Notes: generated by a model from the letters alone, not told the origin. A stretch of 48,934 nt of DNA from Acidimicrobiales bacterium (GCA_040263275.1 JBDQKM010000002.1:1-48934); one strand, 5' to 3'; shown: positions 7,051 through 17,196, counted from the first letter of the stretch. A program made the numbers and translations.

Positions 7051-8960
7051 TCAGACGATCGTCAGCGGCGAGGTGCCGGCGGCGAGGTCCGTCAACGACC
7101 CCAAGGGGAATACGGCCTCACCTTGCGCGTACGGGAGTCCGAGACGGCGGACCACCTCGAGCTGCGCGGCGTTGTCCACCCCTTCGGCCGCCAGGCTCAG
7201 CCCGAGGCTGCGAGCGCCATGATCGAGCGCGGCCAGCATCGTGGTCAGCCGGTTGTTGTCGGGCGCCTCTCGCACCAGCCCGGGATGGAGCGCCACGATG
7301 TCGATCGGCAGGGCGAGCAGGTCGCGAAGCGACGACTGGCCGCTCCCGAACTCGCCCAGGACGATCCCGACACCAGCGGTGCGGAGCGCGCCGATGGACT
7401 CGACGGCGGCGAGCGGGTCGCGGATCGCGACCGTTTCCGTCAGGATGAGCTGCAGGCCCCCTGGCTGGATGTCGTGGGCAACGACGATCGAGCTGATGTC
7501 GCCCACCAGGTCGCCCCGGACCAGGCGGCCGGCAGCAACACGGACGGTCACACTCGCCGAGGCGAGCACGGGATGCTCGCGCCGCTGCAGACGTGCTCTG
7601 GCCGCCTTCTCGACGATCGAACGGGTGAGGGCATCGCCCAGGCCGATCTCCTCGGCCATCGCCAGGAGCCGCGGGGCAGGGACCGCCTCTCCTGCCCGGG
7701 ACGACCAGCACGGAGTGATCTCCACACTGGCGATCCGACCGGTGGCCATCTCGACCACCGGCTGACCGACGATTTCGAAGGTTCCGGTGGCGATCGCGCC
7801 CCGGAGTTCGCCCTCGAGCGTCGTTCGCTGTTCGAGCTCGACCGCGAGCTGCTCATCGAACCGCACCACCCGCTGCCGCCCCATCCGCTTCGCTTCGTAC
7901 AACGCGTGGTCGGCCTCGCGGAGGAGCGCGGACGTGGACCAATCGTCCTCGTGCACCACCTTCACGCCGATCGACGCCGAGATGTTGGCCTCGTCGTCGC
8001 CGAACGCGACCGGCCGATCGACGGCGGCGAGCACACGGTCGGTCACGACATCGACGTCGACACCGTCGTTGGCGAACACGACGAGGAACTCGTCACCGCC
8101 GAGACGGGCGACGATGTCGCCGGGCCGCATCGCGTGCTCGATGCGACGGGCGGTCTCGACGAGCACATGATCGCCGGCCTCGTGCCCGAGACGGTCGTTC
8201 ACTTCCTTGAAGTAGTCGAGATCGACGAACATCATGACGAACGGGTCTCCACCCCGGAGCCGTTCGATGCGTTCGAACGCCCCGCCCGGTTGAGCAGACC
8301 CGTCATCGGGTCGTGGCGAGCCTCCGACTCGGCGTCAGCGGCCAGTTCCGCGATCTCGACGCGCACGTCCACGAGCTGACGAAGATGGCGGCCGGTCGCG
8401 AGGAGGTCGCTAGTCATGAGGACCAGGAAGACGACGACACCGGCTGCGACCGCGGGTTGGCCGACCACGAGGAGGGCGGTTGCGACCAGGAGGTACAACG
8501 GCGCCTGCACGCGGATCGAGAGGCCCGTCAAGATCGAGAGACCACCCATCGAGCCGGCCCCGATGCCGAAGGCCAGGGCGAGACAGAGCCAGCGGTAGAC
8601 CTCGTCGGAGCCGAACGCACCGATGTCGAGCCAGGGGAGGAGGCCCCAGACCACGCCCGCGAGCACGTTCGTGTCGAGCACGACGCCGGACCAGGGGAGC
8701 TCGGTCGACGCTCGTTCGGGGTCGAGTGCGGCCACGGCCTGAAGGGCCGCGAGCACCAACACGAGGGCGAACCACGCCCACAGTGGGGTTCTGGGTACGT
8801 GGGACCACAGCAACGAGAGTCCGACGAGGCCCGCCACCACGTTGCCGATCGGGGCGACATGGGCGCTGCTCTCGAAGAAGGCGACCTGCTGTTCGGCGCT
8901 GCTCGTCCGAAGATCCTCGGCGCGCTGGGACGCGTCGATGGTCGGATCTGCAGCGGACAT
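7051..8960 (-). pseudogene. Membrane sensor diguanylate cyclase with GGDEF and a degenerate EAL domain, interrupted by a 1-nt frameshift (or sequencing error)
   Basis: The N-terminal part (ATG 8960, frame of ORF 8232..10520) has 5-6 TM helices and ends ..HDPMTGLLNRAG, then RSNASNGSGVETRSS*. The 7051..8235 frame, read upstream of its ATG, gives FERIERLRGGDPFVMMFVDLDYFKEVNDRLGHEAGD. The GGDEF domain is therefore continuous only across a frame change in the run CCCGCCCGG (about 8279..8289). GGDEF and an RxxD I-site are present. Confidence 0.6.
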
Positions 8961-9080
8961 GTCGTTCAGCTTCGGTCGCTCTGTTCTCTGCTTGAGCCGT
9001 CGTCGCCTCTTGGCTGCCCCATCGTGGCGCGACCCTGTGGGTGCCGACGAGAGGCGCCTCGCGTCGCTAGTCTGCCCTTC

Positions 9081-10238
9081 GTGCTCGATCTTCTCGCTGT
9101 CGCCGCCGGATCTGCCGACGGGGGTTCGGGCTCGCTCACCCTGCTGATCGTCTATGTCGTCTTGGCCATCGGCGTCTCGTTCGCGTGTTCGATCATGGAA
9201 GCGGTGCTGCTCAGTGTCTCGCCCGCCTACATCGGGGCCCTCGAAGCGACCAAGCCCGCAGTGGCCGAACGGCTCCGCGAGCTCAAGAACGACGTCGATC
9301 GTCCCCTGGCTGCGATTCTCACGCTCAACACCGTTGCGCACACGATCGGTGCGGCCGGTGCCGGCGCAGAGGCAGCCGGCTACTTCGGCAGCGGCGCGAT
9401 CGGCATCTTCTCGGCCCTGCTGACCCTCGGCATTCTCGTCATCAGCGAGATCATTCCGAAGACGCTGGGCGCGGTCTACTGGCGGGGGCTCGCCCCGATC
9501 GTGGCGCGCATGCTCAAGCCGCTCATCTACCTGCTGTACCCGCTGGTGTTGATGTCGCAGTGGTTCGCGCAGCTCCTCACCCGCGGCGAGAAGGAGAGCG
9601 ACGTCAGTCGCGAAGAGTTGGCAGCCCTCGCCGACATCGGCGCCGAAGAGGGCGTGTTGGGCGACGGCGAGGCTCGGCTGTTCAAGAGCCTGCTCCGATT
9701 CGAGAGCCTCCGCGTCTCCGACGTGATGACGCCTCGCACCGTGGTCGTCGCCTACCCGGAGACCGCAACGGTGCAGCAACTGGTGGAGGCGAAGCGGCCC
9801 TTCTCCCGCTACCCGGTCTACTCGGACAATTGCGACGAGATCACCGGCTATGTCCTCCTGAGCGATGCGTTGGCCGAGGTCGCCGACGACGCCCACGACA
9901 CGCCGCTCATGGCCCATCGGCGGGATATGCCCGCAGTCCCTGCGGGCCGTTCGCTGTTGGCCGTGTTCGAGGACCTGGTCGAGGAGCGAGTCCACATCGC
10001 GCTGGTGCTGGACGACTATGGCGGCACCGCCGGCATCGTCACCATGGAGGACGTGATCGAGACGCTGATCGGCCTCGAGATCACCGACGAGACCGATCGC
10101 GACGAAGACATGCAGGCGCTCGCCAGGGAGCGTTGGCAGGCCCGCGCCGCACGGCTGGGCCTCGTCGACGACGAGGAACGTGATGCCGCAATCCGTTGGG
10201 GCCTCACCGGCGAGAAGCCGCCGCAGCCCGACGGCTGA
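9081..10238 (+). CDS. CNNM/DUF21 plus CBS-pair domain membrane protein (HlyC/CorC-type transporter family)
   Basis: Real part of ORF 8313..10238, from an in-frame GTG at 9081 (VLDLLAVAAG..). MEAVLLSVSPAYIGAL..LNTVAHTIGAAGAG..EIIPKTLG is the DUF21 signature. LRVSDVMTPR and IALVLDDYGGTAGIVTMEDVIE are the CBS pair. Confidence 0.8.
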   Translation: MLDLLAVAAGSADGGSGSLTLLIVYVVLAIGVSFACSIMEAVLLSVSPAYIGALEATKPAVAERLRELKNDVDRPLAAILTLNTVAHTIGAAGAGAEAAGYFGSGAIGIFSALLTLGILVISEIIPKTLGAVYWRGLAPIVARMLKPLIYLLYPLVLMSQWFAQLLTRGEKESDVSREELAALADIGAEEGVLGDGEARLFKSLLRFESLRVSDVMTPRTVVVAYPETATVQQLVEAKRPFSRYPVYSDNCDEITGYVLLSDALAEVADDAHDTPLMAHRRDMPAVPAGRSLLAVFEDLVEERVHIALVLDDYGGTAGIVTMEDVIETLIGLEITDETDRDEDMQALARERWQARAARLGLVDDEERDAAIRWGLTGEKPPQPDG

Positions 10239-10243
10239 TCGGA

Positions 10244-10666
10244 TCAGTACCCCTCGATCACGCCGGTGGCGTAGGCGCGCTCGATGATCTCGAGGCCGAG
10301 CAGCGAGAAACCGAAGTACACCACCGACCCGCCGATGACCGCCCACCCCCAGCTGTATCCGAACACCAGCCCGACGACGCCCAGCAGCCCGAACACCGGT
10401 GCGGCCAGGCCACCGACCCCGAACCCGATCTTCACAAACGACGTCGTGACCGGCGAGCGTCGCCACAGCCCCAGCGACCAGGCCAACGTCGACGAGACCG
10501 ACAGGGCTACAGCGAGCCAACTCATCGTGTCGATCCAGCGATTGGCGAGACCGAATGCGGTGCTGCCGAGCAGCATCAGGGCCGCCAGGACGTTGACGTC
10601 GCCGGCCGCTGCCTCTCGGCGCTGCTCCTCGGTCAGGTCGTCGCCCACGGTCGGCAACCTACTCAC
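10244..10666 (-). CDS. Hypothetical integral membrane protein
   Basis: 140-aa ORF with four hydrophobic segments. It fills the gap between flanking genes. No family recognised. Confidence 0.5.
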   Translation of the reverse strand: MSRLPTVGDDLTEEQRREAAAGDVNVLAALMLLGSTAFGLANRWIDTMSWLAVALSVSSTLAWSLGLWRRSPVTTSFVKIGFGVGGLAAPVFGLLGVVGLVFGYSWGWAVIGGSVVYFGFSLLGLEIIERAYATGVIEGY

Positions 10667-10788
10667 CCGTCAACCGCCTCCGGCGGAGCGCACCCCCGGG
10701 AATACCGCCGTGCCAGAGACGTTGGAGTGGTCACGCACATCCACCGCCGGGTCGCATCGACGACCCTGGACCACAAGAGGAACCCGAC

Positions 10789-11421
10789 ATGAGCTTGCAC
10801 CTGGGCGACACCGCTCCCGACTTCACCGCCGCCACCACCGACGGGGAGATGTCGTTCCACGACTGGAAGAAGGGTTCGTGGGCGGTCTTCTTCAGTCACC
10901 CGGCCGATTTCACGCCGGTGTGCACCACCGAGCTGGGTCGCACCGCCGCCCTCGAGAGTGAGTTCGCGAAGCGCAACACCAAGGCGATGGCGCTTTCGGT
11001 CGATCCCATCGAGGACCATCGCCAGTGGGCGCCCGACATCGGTGAGGTCAGCGGCACGGCGCTCAACTTCCCGATCGTGGCCGATCCGGACCGCAAGGTC
11101 GCCGAGCTCTACGACATGATCCACCCGGGTGCCGGCGACACCTCGACGGTTCGGTCGGTGTTCATCATCGATCCCGACGACAAGCTCCGCCTGATGCTGA
11201 CCTACCCGAAGTCGGTGGGCCGCAACTTCGACGAGATCGTGCGAGTGATCGACGCGTTGCAGGCCACCGATCGCGATGCCATCGCCACGCCGGCCGACTG
11301 GCGCCCAGGCGACCGTGTGATCGTGTCGCCCGGGATGTCGACCGAGGACGCGAAGGCGACCTTCCAGAACGTCGAGGAAGTCAAGCCCTACCTGCGCTAC
11401 GCCGACGCCCCCTCGTCCTGA
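10789..11421 (+). CDS. Peroxiredoxin (1-Cys / Prx6-type)
   Basis: LGDTAPDFTAATTDGEMSFHDW..WAVFFSHPADFTPVCTTELG is the classical Prx6 active-site region. AAGAGGA SD lies upstream. Confidence 0.9.
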   Translation: MSLHLGDTAPDFTAATTDGEMSFHDWKKGSWAVFFSHPADFTPVCTTELGRTAALESEFAKRNTKAMALSVDPIEDHRQWAPDIGEVSGTALNFPIVADPDRKVAELYDMIHPGAGDTSTVRSVFIIDPDDKLRLMLTYPKSVGRNFDEIVRVIDALQATDRDAIATPADWRPGDRVIVSPGMSTEDAKATFQNVEEVKPYLRYADAPSS

Positions 11422-11528
11422 GCGCGAGGGCTGTCGGCCCGATCGACGAAGACGATCCGAATACCGTCGACCGGCCAGAAACGGTCGCCCACCTCCAGGC
11501 TGAACACGTCGACAGGCGGCCGAATCCG

Positions 11529-12881
11529 CTACGGAGCCGCGTCGAGCGGCCCGAAGTCCTCCCACCGCGGCTGCTGCGGTTCTGGAGCCGACGCCTCGGG
11601 ATGAGGCGAGACCAGGCGCTCGTCGTCGGCCGATTGGGCGTCTGTGCCGCCCTCGCGAGGACGAAGGACTGCGGCAGCCAGCGCCGTGGTGATCGGCACG
11701 GCGGCGACGAGACCGATCGACCCGCAGAGCGTGCGGACGATCTCGACGGCGATCAACTCGGAGTTCGCCACCATCACGAGGGATTGGTCCGAGACGGCGA
11801 AGAGGAGCAGGAGCGGCATGCTCGCGCCGGCATAGGCCAGGAGGAGGGTGTTGACCGTGGACGCGATGTGGTCACGCCCGACCCGGATGCCCGAGGAGAC
11901 CAACTCCGCAGTCGGCAGGTCCGGGCTGCGCCGTCGCAGTTCCGCCACGGTCGAGACCTGCGTGACGGTCACGTCGTCGAGCGCGCCCAGGGCACCGATG
12001 ACGGCGCCGCCCAGCAGCAGGGCGCTGAGGTCGAGGTTTTCGGCGATGAACGGGAGGATGAGCGCCTCCTCGGTCGCCAGCCCCGTGAACCGGGCGAGTT
12101 CGAAGAAGACCCATGACAGACCCAGCGTCAGCGCGAGCGCGGCGAGCGTTCCCGCGAGCGCGACCGTGGTGGTCGGCGTGAACCCATGGGTCAGATACAG
12201 CCCGACGAAGGCGATCGCCGACGCGGCGACCACGGCGACCAGCAACGGATCGTTGCCGTCGAGGACCGATGGGGCGACGAACGAGACGAGCAACACCAGG
12301 GTGATGGCCATCGACACGAGCGCGAGGAGACCGCGGAACCGGCCGAGGCCGATCACCACCAGTGCGAAGAGGCCGGTGAGCCAGACCAGAGAGGCCCGGC
12401 GGTCGCGATCCACGAAGAAGTAGAAGTTGGTCGACTCCTCGTAGCCGAGCACGACGCGGTCGCCGGGTGACAGGTCAGGTACCGAGCGGTCGAACTCGAT
12501 GTTGATCTCTGGCAGGGCCACGATGGCGCCGGCTTCGGGCCCGTCGTCGACGATCAGGGTGATGGTGCGACACGCCTGCGGGTTCTCCTCGATCGAGTAG
12601 CTGCACGGCCCTTCGCTCACCGACTCCACCGTCGCGGCCAGCCGATCCGAGACCAGGCCGATCTGGTCGGCGTTGGCGATCGCCGTGCGCCGCCCCTCGC
12701 CGGTCGGCCAGAGCGCGATCACCGCCACGATCGTCGCCACGGCGGCCACCGCAACCCCGGCCAGCACGATCCGCAGGATCGGGTCGGCCGTCCACTCCCG
12801 CCAGCCACCGGTCAGACCGTGCGTGTGACCGTGCGAATGACCGTGCGAGTGACCGTGGTCGTCCGGGTCGTGCGTCTCCAT
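11529..12881 (-). CDS. YibE/F family membrane protein with a His-rich N-terminus
   Basis: Real part of ORF 11529..13217, from ATG 12881 (METHDPDDHGHSHGHSHGHTHG). It has many TM helices, and VGRDHIASTVNTLLLAYAGASMPLLLLF is characteristic of YibE/F. Confidence 0.7.
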   Translation of the reverse strand: METHDPDDHGHSHGHSHGHTHGLTGGWREWTADPILRIVLAGVAVAAVATIVAVIALWPTGEGRRTAIANADQIGLVSDRLAATVESVSEGPCSYSIEENPQACRTITLIVDDGPEAGAIVALPEINIEFDRSVPDLSPGDRVVLGYEESTNFYFFVDRDRRASLVWLTGLFALVVIGLGRFRGLLALVSMAITLVLLVSFVAPSVLDGNDPLLVAVVAASAIAFVGLYLTHGFTPTTTVALAGTLAALALTLGLSWVFFELARFTGLATEEALILPFIAENLDLSALLLGGAVIGALGALDDVTVTQVSTVAELRRRSPDLPTAELVSSGIRVGRDHIASTVNTLLLAYAGASMPLLLLFAVSDQSLVMVANSELIAVEIVRTLCGSIGLVAAVPITTALAAAVLRPREGGTDAQSADDERLVSPHPEASAPEPQQPRWEDFGPLDAAP

Positions 12882-12950
12882 GGCGGCGAGGTTAGGGCGG
12901 CGGCATCCCGTCGCTGGGGAGTGCCCGTGCCTCAGGTCTAGAGTCCGGAA

Positions 12951-13667
12951 ATGACCCGAGTCGTCACCGAGACAGCGCTTGCGATCGAGGGACCCACCGG
13001 CATCGTGCCCGGCGTGCTCTGGCAGCCGGTGGGCCCGGGTGTGACCACCCCACTCGTGCTGGCCGGCCACGGTGGCGGATTCGGCACCAACGGACACAAG
13101 CGCGTCGACTCGATCGTCGGACTGGCCGACCACCTCGCCGCCGAGCACGGCATCGCGACCCTCGCCATCGACCAGCCCGGATGTGGCGACCGCGAGGGCG
13201 CCGAAGCCGAACAGCAACGGCGTCGGTCGCTCAGCGTCGAAGAGGCGATCGCCTCACTGTGGACGCCCGAGTTGGTGCAGTCGATGACCGACGACTGGAC
13301 CGTCGCGATCGCCCATGTCCGGGCCCAGCACGGCGTCGGTGACGCCGGCATCGGCTACTGGGGCCTGTCCGGAGGCACCACGTTCGGCCTGCCCTTCGTT
13401 GCGGCCACGCCCGACATCGACGCGGCGGTCCTCGGTCTCAACGGCGACGTGCCGTTGATGCGGACCCACGCGCCGTCAGTGCAGTGCCCGGTCATGTACA
13501 TGATGAACCTGGACGACCGGTTCATGACCCGCGAGAGTGCGCTGGCCCTGTTCGACCTGCTGGGCAGCGGCGACAAGCACCTCGCCGGCTACCCGGGCGA
13601 CCACGGCGAGGACCTCGACCAGGCGCTGCCCGAGTGGGGACGCTTCTTCGCCCGGCATCTGGGCTGA
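12951..13667 (+). CDS. Alpha/beta hydrolase (dienelactone hydrolase-like)
   Basis: LVLAGHGGG, IDQPGCGDRE and a nucleophile elbow GYWGLSGGT. Confidence 0.6.
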   Translation: MTRVVTETALAIEGPTGIVPGVLWQPVGPGVTTPLVLAGHGGGFGTNGHKRVDSIVGLADHLAAEHGIATLAIDQPGCGDREGAEAEQQRRRSLSVEEAIASLWTPELVQSMTDDWTVAIAHVRAQHGVGDAGIGYWGLSGGTTFGLPFVAATPDIDAAVLGLNGDVPLMRTHAPSVQCPVMYMMNLDDRFMTRESALALFDLLGSGDKHLAGYPGDHGEDLDQALPEWGRFFARHLG

Positions 13668-13709
13668 GCGGCGACGTCCGTTTCCCGCGTCCACACGGCA
13701 GGCTGAGGC

Positions 13710-14480
13710 GTGGCTTCCACCGTCGTGTTCTTCCACGCCCACCCGGACGATGAGGCGATCTTCACCGGCGGCACCATGCGACTCCTCGCCGATGCCGGGC
13801 ACCGCGTGGTGCTCCTCGTCGCTACCGGCGGCGAGGCGGGGGAGCCCGGCGATGCCCTCGCGACCGAGTCCCTCGCCGACCGGCGACGAGCCGAGACGGA
13901 AGCTGCGGCGGCGCTCCTCGGGGTCGACCGGATCGTGCACCTGGGTGGGGAGGACTCCGGCGTCGACGGGGCGAACCGCAACGGCTTCTGCCGCGTGAAG
14001 CCAGGCGTCGGCGCCGCTCTCGCGGAGGCGCGGCTGGACCATGCGGGCATCGAACCCGACGCGCTGGTCATCTACGACGGCGACGGGATCTACGGCCACC
14101 CCGACCACGTGGCGGTCCACGAGGTCGGGCATGCGCTAGGGGGCCGCCTGGGTGTCTCCCACGTCTACGAATCGACCGTCGACCGGGAGTACCTCCACTT
14201 CGTGGAGTCACACCTCGTGGTCGAGGCGGGATTGCCCGAGTGGCCGCTCGACCTCGGACTCGCGGCATCCAACCTGGGGCGCCCGACCGTGCTGATCGAC
14301 ACCGAGATCGACATCCAACCGGTGCTCGAGGTGAAACGCGCCGCGATGGCGGCCCACGGCAGCCAGATCCCGGCATCGTCTTCGGCCCTCCAGCTGCCAT
14401 CGGCGCGCTTCGCCGACGTCTACGGTCTCGAGTGGTACGTCCGCCACGGACCTCCGGGGCCCCTCGAGGCGCTGCGCTGA
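13710..14480 (+). CDS. PIG-L / LmbE family deacetylase
   Basis: VVFFHAHPDDEAIFTGGTM and GHPDHVAVH are the zinc-binding PIG-L motifs. Confidence 0.85.
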   Translation: MASTVVFFHAHPDDEAIFTGGTMRLLADAGHRVVLLVATGGEAGEPGDALATESLADRRRAETEAAAALLGVDRIVHLGGEDSGVDGANRNGFCRVKPGVGAALAEARLDHAGIEPDALVIYDGDGIYGHPDHVAVHEVGHALGGRLGVSHVYESTVDREYLHFVESHLVVEAGLPEWPLDLGLAASNLGRPTVLIDTEIDIQPVLEVKRAAMAAHGSQIPASSSALQLPSARFADVYGLEWYVRHGPPGPLEALR

Positions 14481-14512
14481 TCAGCGTCGCCGAAGGGCCG
14501 TAGTCTGGATCC

Positions 14513-14827
14513 ATGAAGATCTTCCGGGTGGTCGTGCGAGGTCACTTCGACGGCCTCGGCGACGGCGATCGCCGGATGCTTCTCGACCACGCCGCCGACC
14601 ACGACATCATGCGTTCGGCATTCACCCGCGAGGGCACCTTCACCTACGACACCCAGCTCGTGGCGTTCAACTACCGCTACGAGGTGCGCCACACGGATCC
14701 GGCGCCTGATGAGGACGCGATAGGCGGCGCTGCGATCGAACGGGCCCGAGCCGACCTGACCGTCCGCGGCCTCACGGCCAAGCACCTGAGGGCGACCGTC
14801 ACCGACATGGCATCGGTCTGGAGCTGA
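14513..14827 (+). CDS. Hypothetical protein
   Basis: 104-aa ORF with normal codon bias filling the gap between flanking genes. No motif recognised. Confidence 0.45.
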   Translation: MKIFRVVVRGHFDGLGDGDRRMLLDHAADHDIMRSAFTREGTFTYDTQLVAFNYRYEVRHTDPAPDEDAIGGAAIERARADLTVRGLTAKHLRATVTDMASVWS

Positions 14828-14854
14828 GCACCTCGGGTTGAGGTGCACCAGGGG

Positions 14855-15301
14855 TCACCCGCTCGCAGCCCCGCCGGAGGGCAGCGAGCCACCGGCCTCG
14901 AGCCATCGGGCGAAGACGGCTTCGGCAGCGCTGGGGTTGTAGACGTCTTCCTGGTACGACCACTGGCCGTCGCCGGCATAGTCGAGGATCGTCACGCAGC
15001 CGAACCGGAACTCCTCGTTGCCGCCCGTGGGATCGGGAAGACACTGGGCCGGGTAGAAGACGACGCGGTTGCCGTCGAACATCGACCACTCGACCGGGAA
15101 GTACATCTCCGCCGGCGCCTGGGCCATGACCGACGTGATACCGCGGCGGATCGCCTCGCGGCCCTCGAACCGCCCGAGGTGACACTCGTTCCAGATTCCG
15201 TCCACCGTGTGCAGGTCGGCCCACGCGTTCCAGTCGCCACTGTCGCCGACCGCGACGAAGTGGTCGAACGCTTCGCGGACCTCATCCAGCTCGAACTCCA
15301 T
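14855..15301 (-). CDS. NTF2-like (SnoaL-type) protein
   Basis: The ~148 aa size and the N-terminal pattern VREAFDHFVAVGDSGDWNAWADLHTVDG are typical of SnoaL/NTF2-like folds. Confidence 0.6.
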   Translation of the reverse strand: MEFELDEVREAFDHFVAVGDSGDWNAWADLHTVDGIWNECHLGRFEGREAIRRGITSVMAQAPAEMYFPVEWSMFDGNRVVFYPAQCLPDPTGGNEEFRFGCVTILDYAGDGQWSYQEDVYNPSAAEAVFARWLEAGGSLPSGGAASG

Positions 15302-15365
15302 GGAGCCGACGGTAGCCGAACCTGCACTCGCGGCCCTGGTCCCGATGCCGTGTCAGAGTGAGAAC

Positions 15366-16040
15366 ATGGAATTCGACATCGCCCAGACCGACGCTCTGCT
15401 GTCCACCACCCGCGCGGTGCGCAAGCGACTCGACCTCGACCGCGACGTGTCCGACGAGGTCATCCTCGAATGCCTCCAACTCGCCGTGCAGGCACCCACC
15501 GGGTCGAACCAGCAGGGCTGGCGTTGGATGGTCGTGCGAGATGCCGAGAAGAAGGCTGCCCTCGCGGATCTCTACCGCCGCGCCGGGGGCGACTATCTCG
15601 CCGCCGCTGCCGCGACGCCCGACCTCACCACCCAGGGCGGCAGAGTCGGCGACTCCGCCGCCTATCTCGCCGAGAACCTGCAGGACGTCCCGGTGATGGT
15701 CATCCCGATGATCATCGGCCGGCTCGATGATTTCGTCTCCGCCGACAAGGGGAACGGCACAGCGATCACGAACGCGGCGGCCGGCCTCCTGGGTTCGATC
15801 ATCCCGGCGATGTGGAGCTTCCAGCTCGCCCTGCGATCGCGGGGCCTCGGCAGCTGCTACACCACCCTTCATCTCGCCCACGAGCAGGAGGCCGCCGATC
15901 TGCTCGGAATCCCCGCCCACATGACCCAGGCCGGTCTCCTCCCCGTCGCCTACACGAAGGGCACCGACTTCCGCCCGGCGAGCCGGCCGCCCGTCGAGAA
16001 GATCACCTACCTCGACACCTACAAGCAGCCGATTCGCTGA
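15366..16040 (+). CDS. Nitroreductase family protein
   Basis: Real part of ORF 15207..16040, from ATG 15366. TTRAVRKRLDLDRDVSDEVILECLQLAVQAPTGSNQQGWRWMVV is the canonical nitroreductase N-terminal signature. Confidence 0.8.
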   Translation: MEFDIAQTDALLSTTRAVRKRLDLDRDVSDEVILECLQLAVQAPTGSNQQGWRWMVVRDAEKKAALADLYRRAGGDYLAAAAATPDLTTQGGRVGDSAAYLAENLQDVPVMVIPMIIGRLDDFVSADKGNGTAITNAAAGLLGSIIPAMWSFQLALRSRGLGSCYTTLHLAHEQEAADLLGIPAHMTQAGLLPVAYTKGTDFRPASRPPVEKITYLDTYKQPIR

Positions 16041-16044
16041 CGGA

Positions 16045-17196
16045 TCACGCCATGTCGGTCGGGCCGAGTGGGGCACCGAGCTCGACGCGGCCGGCCAGCT
16101 CCGCGGCTCGGTCCCAGTCGAAGATCACATGCCCCTTCAGGGTCTCGACGTCGCGCTGGATTCGCTGCAACGGTTGGTCCGAGAAGTAGGGCCGCGCCCC
16201 CGCCCCCTCGGCGATGTCGTTGACCACCCTGCGGGAATCGCGCACCGTCGCGGCGGCGATCAGGCGCGAGTGGGCCCGCAACCGCTCGTCGACACGATCC
16301 TCCACGGCCGCGACTTCGAGCGCGACGGTCGCGGCCCGCCAACGGGACTCGATCGCCGCCAGATCGGCCACGGCAGTGGCGAGGCGAATCTGGGCTGCGG
16401 GTTGCTCACCGGCCCGATCACCGAGGGTGTAGGCCAGTGTGCGCTCGGCGAGCTGGGCGCGATACAGGTCGACGGCGCGGGCTGCCGCGCCCAACGCGGG
16501 CGTGGCGGCCATCATCGCAAGCACGGCGATGGTCGGCATGCGCTCCAGACCGTCGCCCGCGATCGGCACCTGTCCTCGCAGCATCGTGTCGGACGAGAGC
16601 GTGAGCGCCTCCGGGACGAAGACCCCGTCGCACCGAACCGTGTGGCTCCCGGTCGCGGCCATGCCGGCCGTGTGCCAGACGTCGTCGACCTCGACGTCGG
16701 CGCGGCGGAGAAGCGCGAACCGCGCCTCGAACTCCGGTCCGTCGACCAGGCCGTGCACCAGCACCATCTCGGCATGGGCGACGCCGGTCGCCCATGGCCA
16801 TTCACCGCTGACGAGGAACCCTCCGTCGGTGGGCACGAGCGTGCCCGACGGCGAGAGGGGAGCCGGAGCGAGGACGTAGGGCCGCCCGGGCGACAGGACG
16901 TCTGCGGCTCCGGGCAGCTTGGCGACCAACCAGCTGTGCATGACCAGGAAGCTGATCGTCCATCCCGACGCCGGGCAGCCGTACGAGAGTCGGCGGGTGA
17001 TCTCCAGGAGATCTCCGAGGCTGCCACCGGCACCGCCGAGCGACGTGGGGACCACCAGCGGCCACAGGGGTTCGCACTCGGCGAGGGTCTCGTCGAGCAG
17101 CTGACGCCGCTGCTCGGCCTCGGTCGCCCGTTCGTCGAGCCGCACGGCCAGCGTGTCGGCCAGGTCGAGGAGCTCCGCTCCGCCGGCCGCGCTCAT
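16045..17196 (-). CDS. Acyl-CoA-dehydrogenase-fold flavin-dependent monooxygenase (HsaA/DszC-like group D)
   Basis: ACAD three-domain length. WHTAGMAATGSHTV and the C-terminal QRIQRDVETLKGHV resemble the oxygenase branch rather than true ACADs. Confidence 0.65.
   Translation of the reverse strand: MSAAGGAELLDLADTLAVRLDERATEAEQRRQLLDETLAECEPLWPLVVPTSLGGAGGSLGDLLEITRRLSYGCPASGWTISFLVMHSWLVAKLPGAADVLSPGRPYVLAPAPLSPSGTLVPTDGGFLVSGEWPWATGVAHAEMVLVHGLVDGPEFEARFALLRRADVEVDDVWHTAGMAATGSHTVRCDGVFVPEALTLSSDTMLRGQVPIAGDGLERMPTIAVLAMMAATPALGAAARAVDLYRAQLAERTLAYTLGDRAGEQPAAQIRLATAVADLAAIESRWRAATVALEVAAVEDRVDERLRAHSRLIAAATVRDSRRVVNDIAEGAGARPYFSDQPLQRIQRDVETLKGHVIFDWDRAAELAGRVELGAPLGPTDMA

Noticed and set aside
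8961-10520. Upstream two-thirds of the 762-aa minus-strand ORF 8232..10520
   Set aside because: Only the part downstream of the ATG at 8960 looks like a protein (TM helices leading into the GGDEF start). The rest is Arg/Gly/Ala-rich and antisense to the well-supported CNNM/CBS gene on the plus strand, so it is a high-GC shadow ORF.
10789-11421. Selenocysteine or recoding in the peroxiredoxin
   Set aside because: The active site is an ordinary Cys (FTPVCTTE) and the ORF is continuous.
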